DNA of 63,068 nt, filler included. It is 5 parts of 5 records of this genome, joined end to end, with 100 filler letters (N's around TTAATTAATTAA, not from the genome) between each part and the next. Parts side by side here need not be neighbours in the genome. Positions count along the whole stretch, not along the records: positions 1 to 12,055 come from DRR723986_10712; 4 more parts are not named here. One strand, 5' to 3'. Shown piece after piece: positions 1-9,300 of the stretch. Below the pieces are notes generated by a model that was not told where the DNA came from, did not search any database, and saw only the letters and a list, made by a program, of their open reading frames with translations. The translations under genes were made by a program, and so were the position numbers. Positions within the stretch are counted from its first letter, which is position 1; every line of letters starts with the position of its first letter.

Positions 1-1
1 C

Positions 2-22
2 CGTGCCACTCAGGTACCGTAA
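2..22 (+). CDS. Possible 3' end of a truncated upstream gene ending ...RATQVP*
   Basis: Frame 2 reads CGT GCC ACT CAG GTA CCG TAA. The QVP ending matches the tails of the next two genes (GQVPRLDD, GQVPDID), and a strong hairpin follows. Confidence 0.45.
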   Translation, partial: RATQVP

Positions 23-56
23 GCAAGCGAAACGACGTTAGCAACGTATGAGTGAT

Positions 57-92
57 AAACATGGGTCCCCCCTAACAGGGGGGCCCATGTTT
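57..92 (+). terminator. Strong intergenic stem-loop (terminator or mRNA-stabilising hairpin)
   Basis: AAACATGGGTCCCCCCT-AAC-AGGGGGGCCCATGTTT is a near-perfect inverted repeat with only a short U tail. Confidence 0.6.
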
Positions 93-143
93 GGAAACAC
101 TAGCGACAGACACTCAATTAAAACTTTTAAGGATGATTGAATC

Positions 144-2456
144 ATGAGACGAGTTTACGGCGTCATCTTCTGCCTGATGATAGGTTGTTCCGTGAGCGCC
201 TTCTCCTACGACATCACCGTACGTGTCCTCAACCCGGAAGTGGACAACACAACTGCTACAGTTACGTACGATGTCTACCTGCAGAATACCAGTCCAGAGG
301 ATGTCCGTTTAACGGAGTCCTCTTATTTGTTTCAGTACAATAAGGACAAGTTCACGAATCTTGACTGTGATCTGAATTCGCCGTTAAACACGTCCCATTA
401 TGATCCGTACTGCGACATAGTGTTTAACGATGAGGTCATCCTGTTCGATATTCCCCATGATGTATCGAGTCCTTCGACGTCGAATACGCAGCCAATTGCG
501 AAGACCTTTCCAGGTACGCGCATTGGGTCAATCTCCGTATCGACGATCAATGACTTTACGGGGACATTAGATCTCGACTGGGAACCGAACTTCGGTGGCA
601 CACTGGTATTTGTGTACGATCCTTTACTGGATCTGGAGGAAGAGGCGAATCTTACGCTTGAAGCTATTCCAACAGTCTATGTTGGACCGCAATTCACAGC
701 TACGGTTACAAAGCAACAATTGCTGAATAACGATTTTACATTTGACGTTTTGGTCAAAAAGACGGACGGACCGGATTTCTATCTGGATAACTCTGACCTC
801 GTTATTCGTATTCCAAACCTCAATACAAAATTTACCGCGCCGGCAGTAACAATTACGCCGTGCACGGACCGTATTGACGACTTCTATCAAATTTCGAGCA
901 ACATCGTTGGTGATGAAATTCGAATTACGGTAGATGGTCCAAATGCACTTGCTGATCAAGCAGAGTTTAATCAACGCGTGCAAAGGATCTCACCTGTTGG
1001 TGACGGTACTAAAATCGTTTCGGTGGAAATCAGTAATGCAAACAATGGGCAAACTGTCTTTGACATGGGCCCACTGTGGAATTTCTCTATCCCCGGTGTA
1101 ACGACTGTACGTCAACGTCGTCCACTCAATAGCAGTGACGACATTTCCAACAATGGTACATTCGCCATTGATGCACCAGAATTCTCAATTGATGTTCAGG
1201 CACCCCTTGGTGGTGAACTCTTTTGTGGTGGTGACATCGTAACAATTGATTGGGTAGCTCAGAACATCGGTACGGTAGATATTACTCTGCTTGACGCTGG
1301 TACGACTTCCGCAACGATTGCTACAGGTGTAACAGCAACCAATGAAACGTACGATTGGACAGTACCTGGTGGCGTTGCCGCTGGTGACTATACAATTCGT
1401 GTACAAGATGCGTCAGCATCAGTACGCAACGATGACAGCGGTCTGTTTACAATTGGAACAGTTGCAACAATCACACAGCAGCCGCAAGGCGTTACGACTT
1501 GTGATGGTTCGACAGTAACACTGGAAGCAACAATTACAGGACTGGTTACATCACTTCAATGGAAGTTTAATGGTGTAAACATTACTGGCGCAAATGCTTC
1601 CACGTATAGCTTCACAGCATCTACTCTGACTGCAGGAGCATATACACTGTGCATTACGAACGATTGCGGAACTGTAGCAACAGTTCCAGCGCAGGTAATG
1701 GTTGAGCTTCCACCAGCAATAACACAACAACCTGCTGATCAAACTGTCACCGAACTTGATGATGTTTTGATTACTGTTGGTGCTACAGGCGCCAACCTTT
1801 CGTTCCAATGGCAGTATTCAACTAACAACACGATCTTTTCGGATCTGGCTGGCGAAACCAACCCAGACCTGATGATCAACCAAATTGCACTAAATGAAGC
1901 TGGTTTCTACCGTGTAGTAATCAATGGAAACTGTCCTCCGGCAATCACTTCTGATGCCGCAGAAATTACAGTAACACCTCTGTTTACTACGTTCGAAGTA
2001 ACTGCATATATGGAAGGATACTGGCGCGGAACGCATCATCGGATCACTCCGATTGCGATTGAACTGCGTGAAGGTCCAGACCTTGCAACTTCAAACACAG
2101 TAGCAATTACCAGCCAAATGATAAGCTCAACCGGTACTGTTGCAGCAATCTTCCCAGCTCTTGTTAGCGGAGATTATTGGCTCGTTGTCCGTCACGGTGG
2201 ACACTTCCCAGCTGCTTCAAATGGACGTCTGTCCGTTACTGCCGGTCAAACAGTTGTATACAACTTCTCAGATGCACCTGATCGTGCCTTTGGTGGAGTC
2301 GGTGTAACTGTTGAGTTCAACAATGCGGGTGAATATATGTTGCGTGCAGGCGATCTCAATGGAGACCAGACTGTATCTGCCGATGACTTCATCCAACACT
2401 TTATCCCGAACTTTGGTTTGTTCAATCCTGGGCAAGTACCAAGACTCGACGATTAA
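144..2456 (+). CDS. Secreted modular protein: signal peptide, two cohesin-like beta-sandwiches, one Ig-like and two I-set-like Ig domains, C-terminal beta-sandwich plus dockerin-like Ca-binding module
   Basis: 770-aa ORF with AAGGA upstream and a hydrophobic N-terminus. Two related ~160-aa domains (YDVYL..YNKDKF..GTRIGSI; FDVLV..NTKF..GTKIVSV). Ig motifs ITQQP..QW..G.Y. Tail GDLNGDQTVSADDF..GQVP. Confidence 0.85.
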   Translation: MRRVYGVIFCLMIGCSVSAFSYDITVRVLNPEVDNTTATVTYDVYLQNTSPEDVRLTESSYLFQYNKDKFTNLDCDLNSPLNTSHYDPYCDIVFNDEVILFDIPHDVSSPSTSNTQPIAKTFPGTRIGSISVSTINDFTGTLDLDWEPNFGGTLVFVYDPLLDLEEEANLTLEAIPTVYVGPQFTATVTKQQLLNNDFTFDVLVKKTDGPDFYLDNSDLVIRIPNLNTKFTAPAVTITPCTDRIDDFYQISSNIVGDEIRITVDGPNALADQAEFNQRVQRISPVGDGTKIVSVEISNANNGQTVFDMGPLWNFSIPGVTTVRQRRPLNSSDDISNNGTFAIDAPEFSIDVQAPLGGELFCGGDIVTIDWVAQNIGTVDITLLDAGTTSATIATGVTATNETYDWTVPGGVAAGDYTIRVQDASASVRNDDSGLFTIGTVATITQQPQGVTTCDGSTVTLEATITGLVTSLQWKFNGVNITGANASTYSFTASTLTAGAYTLCITNDCGTVATVPAQVMVELPPAITQQPADQTVTELDDVLITVGATGANLSFQWQYSTNNTIFSDLAGETNPDLMINQIALNEAGFYRVVINGNCPPAITSDAAEITVTPLFTTFEVTAYMEGYWRGTHHRITPIAIELREGPDLATSNTVAITSQMISSTGTVAAIFPALVSGDYWLVVRHGGHFPAASNGRLSVTAGQTVVYNFSDAPDRAFGGVGVTVEFNNAGEYMLRAGDLNGDQTVSADDFIQHFIPNFGLFNPGQVPRLDD

Positions 2457-2473
2457 GTTTTTTTGGAAAAAAG

Positions 2474-2525
2474 TGATATTCCCGGTGCTGCGATAGTAAC
2501 ATTTTCGCGGTATCGGGAATTGTCA
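2474..2525 (+). other. Long intergenic RNA stem-loop without U-tract
   Basis: TGATATTCCCGGTGCTGCGA..TCGCGGTATCGGGAATTGTCA pairs over about 20 bp using several G-U pairs, so it folds well only as the + strand RNA. Confidence 0.6.
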
Positions 2526-2606
2526 GCAGGTGGCACTGCACACACTTCCGGTCGAATATTGAATCCCATAACCAACGAATCCTTTTTCAGACACGGTATC
2601 ACAAGC

Positions 2607-3182
2607 ATGAAACAACGAAAATTTCAAACGTTGATGATGTCATTTGTCGCATTGTTTGCTTTCATAAGCACACAAAGCGGCGAATTACAAGCGCAAACCG
2701 TGACGACGTTCGAGGTAAAGGTGGCTTTGCAGGGATACTGGAATGGTGTGTCACATCGCAAATCTGCTGCAGCGATTGAGCTGCGGAGCGGTGTCGATCT
2801 GACTACATCATTGCTTACCCGCATTACCACAGGAATTATCGACGAAAACGGCGAAGTCACAGTATCGTTCGAAGACCTTCCAAGTGCAGACTATTGGGTT
2901 GTTGTCCGTCACGGATCACACATGCCGGTAGCTACACTCACACGGATAACAGTGACCGAAGGCGCAACACACAGTTACGACTTTACGAATGCCAATGACA
3001 AAGCTTTTCCCGGCTTTGACCCATTTTCACCCGTATTGGTGGAATTCGGCAGCACCGGAGTATTCCAGATTCGTACTGGAGACTTGGACGGTGACCAAAC
3101 TTGTTCGGCGAATGACTTCATTCAATACTTCCTGCCGAACTTTGGTGCGACGAGTTCTGGTCAAGTACCTGACATTGATTAA
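2607..3182 (+). CDS. Small secreted protein consisting only of the beta-sandwich plus dockerin-like module (paralog of the C-terminus of 144-2456)
   Basis: Start moved to MKQRKF, which opens a signal peptide ending LQA-Q. About 50% identical by hand alignment to the last ~157 aa of the previous gene. Ca-loop GDLDGDQTCSAND. Confidence 0.85.
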   Translation: MKQRKFQTLMMSFVALFAFISTQSGELQAQTVTTFEVKVALQGYWNGVSHRKSAAAIELRSGVDLTTSLLTRITTGIIDENGEVTVSFEDLPSADYWVVVRHGSHMPVATLTRITVTEGATHSYDFTNANDKAFPGFDPFSPVLVEFGSTGVFQIRTGDLDGDQTCSANDFIQYFLPNFGATSSGQVPDID

Positions 3183-3301
3183 ATGTCCGCGACCCGACTA
3201 TTCCCAAGCGCACTGCACACACACAGGCAACACCGAAAAGAACGTGAATGCCAGCTTTGAAATCTACGTGTTATTCTAATCTCATAAAGAGGATTTGTAC
3301 G

Positions 3302-6300
3302 ATGTCGAACATTGTACCGAGTTTCTCCAGAAAATTGCTTGTTACACTCATGAGCGTCTTCCTGCTCGGTAGTGTAACTGAAGCTTTTTCTGCGAATCTA
3401 ACGGAATTTTTCCTCCGCGATCAGCGGCCCAGCGACGACTGTACTGAGTACTTCGCCGAACTTTGGGTTACTGTTGATGCCGGAGAAACCTGGGACATTG
3501 CGTCGTCCAACATTGCTGTATCGTATAATACAGCAGCGATGGCGGCTCAGAACTTGGGTACGGCTCATGAGGCCAACCCATTCCTGACTGGCGACAATGT
3601 CAGTATCAGTCAAACGCCGGGACCAGGCTTCGTCAGGATCAACCTGCTGAAGTTTCCCGGATCCACTGCCACAAGTGGAACGTTCAAGATTGCCACGCTT
3701 CGTTGGACTATCACTGATAAGACCAACAGCGACAATCTGACGTTCATCACTGGTGGACCTTCCACACAGGTTTTCGATGACGCAACGGCATTGGCCTTCA
3801 ATTGCGGAACGAATCTGTGTTTTGGTGTTACAAACCCAACTCCTCCTCGCGTAATTGGTGGCCCGGTTATCACCGAACAACCAGTAAGCGTAACGACATG
3901 TGTTGGCTCTACCGTTGACTTCAATGTCAACGGTAACGGATGTAACATCGTTTGGCAATGGCAGCGTCTCGACGCTGGTGTGTGGACAGACCTTGCTGGT
4001 GAAACCAGCTCGACACTGTCACTTGCTAACGTAAGTGCAGCTATGGACGGCAATCAGTACCGCGTGGAAGCGACTGCTGATGAACCACCAGTAGCAACAT
4101 CCAACGTTGTAACTCTCACCGTTAACTCACCTGCTGTGTTTACTACACAGCCTGCTAATGTTGCAGAGTGTGAAGGTGCCGATGCCGACTTCACGATTGC
4201 TTTCACCGGAACAGCCCCTGTTACAATTCAGTGGGAACAGTTCAATGGTGGAACGCTGACGTGGGATCCACTGGCTGGTGAGGTTTCAACTACACTGACA
4301 ATTACGAATATCCAAACTTCGGATAATGGTAATCAGTATCGCGCAGTTCTCACAAACATCTGTAACTCCACTACGAGTAGTGTTGGTGTTCTGACTGTTT
4401 GGACTGCACCAATCGTCAATAACGACCCTAACGACAAGTTCATCTGCGCTGGTGACAACGTTACCTTCCTCGCAAACGCCAATGGTAACCCACTGCCAAC
4501 AGTACAGTGGCAGGTTGACAATGGTGGTGGTTTCGCGGACATTCCGAATGAAACCAGTGGAACACTGTCGATCAACAACGTTCCAGCTAACCTCAACGGC
4601 AACCAGTATCGTGCGGTATTCACGAATGTTTGTGGTTCATCCGCAACTGTTCCTGCTACTATCACTGTTTACGAACTGCCTGTTGTTGCTAACCAACCAG
4701 CTGATGTTTCAGTCTGCGAAAACAACGATGCAGTCTTTACGGTAAGTGCCAACAGCGCTATTCCGTTGACGTATCAATGGCAGGTTGACAACGGTGGTGG
4801 TTTTGGTGACATCGCTGGAGCAACCACAACAACTCTGACTCTGACGAATGTTCAGTTTGCTGCTAATGGTAACAACTACCGTGTTGTTATCAGTAACACT
4901 TGCGGAACAATCAACTCCAGCTCAGCTCTGCTGACAGTATGGACAGACCCAGTTGTTACAAACGATCCAGGTGACGCTTCGATCTGTGAAGGTACTAACC
5001 ACCAGTTCACAGCTAACGCTACTGGATTCCCAACGCCAACTATCCAATGGCAAGTAGATGACGGTAACGGCTTTGCCGATATCGCCGGTGCTACTTCCAG
5101 TACGTATACGGTTATGAATGCCATGCCTGGCATGAACGGGTATGAGTATCGTGCTGTATTCACAAACGTTTGCTCCGCAGTTAACTCTTCGGCAGCCGTT
5201 TTGACAGTTCGTCCAGTTCCTGCTATCACGCAAGAGCCAGTTGACGTTGCTGTTTGTGAAGGTCTCAACGCTTCCTTCGTTTCCGCTGCAAGTGGTGATC
5301 CAGTTCCAACAGTTCAGTGGCAAGTTGACAATGGCGGCGGTTACGCTGACATTGCCGGCGCAACCAATGCAACTCTGGACCTGAACGCCGTTGCCGCTGC
5401 TATGAATGGCAACCTGTACCGTGCTGTATTCACTAACGAATGTGGCATTGTCACTTCGTCAAGTGTTACACTCACAGTATGGACTGCACCAGTTGTAACG
5501 ACACAACCACTTGATCAGACGATTTGTGAAACCGACAACGTAAGCTTCACAGCTGCTGCAACCGGTTTCCCAGCTCCAACTGTACAGTGGGAAGAAAACG
5601 ATGGAAATGGCTGGGTTGCTCTTGCAGGTGAAACTGCTCTGACACTCAACCTGAACAATGTTGCTGCTACTTCCGATGGTTACATGTACCGCGCTGTGTT
5701 CTCAAACACATGTGCCAACGTGTCAACTACCGGCGCTACACTCACAGTTAACACTGCACCAGTTGTAACTCTGAATCCTGGCCCGCAAAACGGTTGTGAA
5801 GGTGATGACTTCATCTTTATCGCTGATGCGAGCGGCGATCCAGTTCCAACAGTTCAGTGGCAAGTAAACGATGGCGGCGGTTACGTTGACATTGTTAGTG
5901 CAACTTCAACAACGCTGACACTGACGAACGTTCAGGCAGCTCTGGATGGCAACCTTTACCGCGCAGTCTTTACGAATGTTTGCGGCATTGCTACTTCAGC
6001 CAGCGCTCTCCTGATCATCGACGTACCTGCATTCGTTTCTCTGAACCCAGCAAACCAAACGGTTTGTGAAGGTGTAGATGCCACTTTTGAATCAAATGGC
6101 GGCGGTACGCCTCCTCCAACGGTTCAATGGCAAGTAAACGATGGTAATGGCTGGGTTGACCTGGTCAACGCTACTTCAACAACTTTGACTGTTGTTAACC
6201 CACAAGCTTCGATGGACGGTAATAACTACCGTGCTATCTACACAAACGCTTGTGGAACTGCAGCGACTGTACCAGCATCGCTCACAGTTAACACCATTCC

Positions 6301-9300
6301 AGTTGTATCCGTTCAACCTCAAGATGTTGACAACGCTTGCGAAGGCGACGACATCTCCTTCACTGCAGCAGCAACTGGCCAGCCAGCTCCTACTGTACAG
6401 TGGCAGGAAGATGATGGTAACGGTTGGCTTGACATGGTTGGCGAAACCAATACGACACTTAACATCAACAATGTTCAGGGAACTCAGGACGGTTATATGT
6501 ACCGTGCTGTATTCACGAACGTTTGCGGTGTAACTAATAGCGATGCTGCCTTGCTGCTCGTTGACGTACCTCCAGCTGTAACGCTTGAGCCGGTTAACAC
6601 TACAGTTTGTCAAGGCGAAACTGCATTCTTCACTTCGACGGCTTCCGGTGATCCGGCTCCAACGATCCAGTGGGAATGTGATGCTAACGACGGTAATGGC
6701 TTCCAGGCACTGCCTGGTAAGACACTTTCGACTCTCGACCTGACAGGCGTTCTGCCTGAGTGGGATGGCAACCTTTATCGTGCCGTCTTTACTAACCCTT
6801 GCGGAACTTCAGTTCCTTCCGCTTCTGCAATGCTGACGGTTAACCTGGATCCAGTTGTTACAGCTGACCCTGTTAATACGACAGTTTGCGAAGGCGACAA
6901 TGCTTCCTTCACTGCAGCTGCTACGGGTCAACCGACTCCAACAGTTCAGTGGCAAATGGATGACGGCAATGGTTGGGCGGACATCGTTGGTGAAACTGCT
7001 CTGACGCTGAACCTGAACAACGTGATGGCAAACATGGACGGTTACATGTACCGTGCTGTCTTCACGAACATCTGTAATACAGCAACAACAGCTCCAGCAA
7101 TGCTGACAGTTAATGTTGCTCCAGTTGTAACGGCCAGTCCTGCTGACGTCGCTGTCTGCGAAGGTAGCGATGTTACATACACTGCTTCGGCAACTGGAAC
7201 ACCGACTCCTACTATCCAGTGGGAAGAAAACGACGGTAACGGTTGGGTTGCTATGGCTGGTGAGACTGGGCTCATGCTGACGCTCACGAACATCCCTGCC
7301 AGCTCTAACGGTTACATGTACCGCGCTGTCTTCACCAACGTTTGTGGTTCCGCTACTACGCTGGAAGCTACACTTACAGTTTGGACAGAGCCAACAATCA
7401 CGCTGAACCCAGTTGATGACGTTGTCTGCGAAGGCGAGGATGCTTCATTCTCCGCCGGCGCCGATGGCTTCCCAACTCCAACAGTACAATGGCAGTTTGA
7501 CGATGGTAACGGCTGGCAAGATCTTGCTGGTGCTACCGCTGTCAACCTGACAATCGTTGCTGCACAAGCTAGCCAGGACGGATACCTCTACCGCGCTGTT
7601 TTCACAAACAACTGTGGTACGGTAATCTCCAACTCCGCAATGCTGACGGTAAATACTCCACCAGTTGTAACTGCCGATCCAATGGACGTCACAGTTTGCC
7701 AAATGGAAACAGCAGAGTTTACTGTTGAATTCACTGGCCAGCCGACTCCAACGATCCAATGGCAGATCTTCAACCAGCAGTCATGGGCTGACCTGTCAGG
7801 CGAAAATAGCCCGACACTGTCACTGCCAAATGTACCTGGTGGTTGGGATGGTAACCTCTATCGCGCAATTCTCACGAATGTTTGCGGTACGGTTATCTCA
7901 CAAGCTGCTACCTTGCGCGTTCAGGATCCACCAGTTGTACTGGTTGAGCCTAATCCACAAACGGTTTGTGAAGGTGCTAACGTAACCTTTACTTCCAGTG
8001 CTGATGGCGATCCGATCCCAACGATCCAATGGCAGGTTAACGACGGTAATGGCTGGATTGACCTGGCGGGTGAAACTGCTCAGGATCTGCAGCTTAACAA
8101 CGTTATGCCAGCTATGGACGGCAACCTCTACCGTGCAGTATTCACGAATATCTGCGGTACAGTAGAATCTCAGCAAGTTGCTCTGGTTGTTAACAGCAAC
8201 CCTGTTATCACAGAACAGCCTGCCGACACCGAAGTATGTGAAGGTGAAATTGTCATCCTCCAGGCCGACGCAATCGCTAAACCGCCAGCAGTACTGCAAT
8301 GGCAGGTTGACCGTAACGACGGTAATGGCTGGGTTGACATCCTCGCAGAAAACACAACATTGCTCGACCTTGGTGCTGTAACAGCAGACATGGACGGGTA
8401 CATGTATCGTCTTGAGGCTTCCAACATCTGTGACGTTGTCAATTCCGACGCCGCTACACTGATTGTTAACGAAGCTCCAGTCGTAACAGCTGATCCTACT
8501 GACGAAACGATTTGTGAAGGTGATGACATTACCTTTACTGCGTCAGCCAGTGGACAGCCTACTCCAGAAATTACCTGGGAAATCGACCGCAATGACGGTA
8601 TTGGTTGGGTTGACTACGAAACCAATGCAACTGAAACTCTCAGCCTGACAGCAGTTCCAGCTGGATGGGATGGCTACAAATTCCGCGCTACGTTTGTTAA
8701 CGTTTGTGGTGTTGCCAGCTCCGCTGAAGCTGTATTGACTGTATGGACTACGCCAGTCGTTACCACTCAACCAGAAGACATGCTGGTTTGTGAGCCGAAT
8801 GATGTAACGTTCAGCGCTGCCGCAAGTGGCACGCCAACACCTACAGTACAATGGCAGGTTAGCACAGACGATGGTGGAATCTGGACTGACGTTGCCGGCG
8901 CTACTGCCGTTGACTACACGTTCACTCCAACAATCGCTGAAGATGGAAACCTCTACCGCGCAGTATTCACAAACGATTGTGGCGTTGCTACATCCGATGC
9001 TGCTGAACTCGACTACTACCTGCTTCCGTTCATCACAACACAGCCAACTGCTCCTGCAGAAGGTATCTGTGTTGGCCTCGACTGGACATTCACAGTCGTA
9101 GCCGGTGGTACGGAAATCAGCTACCAGTGGCGTAAAGATGGTGTAGATATTCCTGGCGCAACTAGCGACTCCTACACTCTGACCGGCATCGCCGTTGAAG
9201 ATGCAGGTAGCTACGATGTTGTAATCACGAACGTTTGTCAGTCGATCACGTCTGACGCTGCTGTTCTGATCGTCAACACACCGCCAGCTATCACAGCTCA

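Noticed and set aside
2463-2606. N-terminal extension of gene 2 from the TTG at 2463 (similarly 3248-3301 for gene 3)
   Set aside because: Signal peptides begin at ATG 2607 and ATG 3302. The gene 2 extension crosses the intergenic hairpin, and gene 3 has its RBS just before 3302.
1986-3182. Diversity-generating retroelement (template/variable repeat pair) suggested by duplicated C-termini, Ig domains and a GC hairpin
   Set aside because: The copies differ at all base types with only about 50% protein identity, both are intact genes, and no reverse transcriptase is in the contig.
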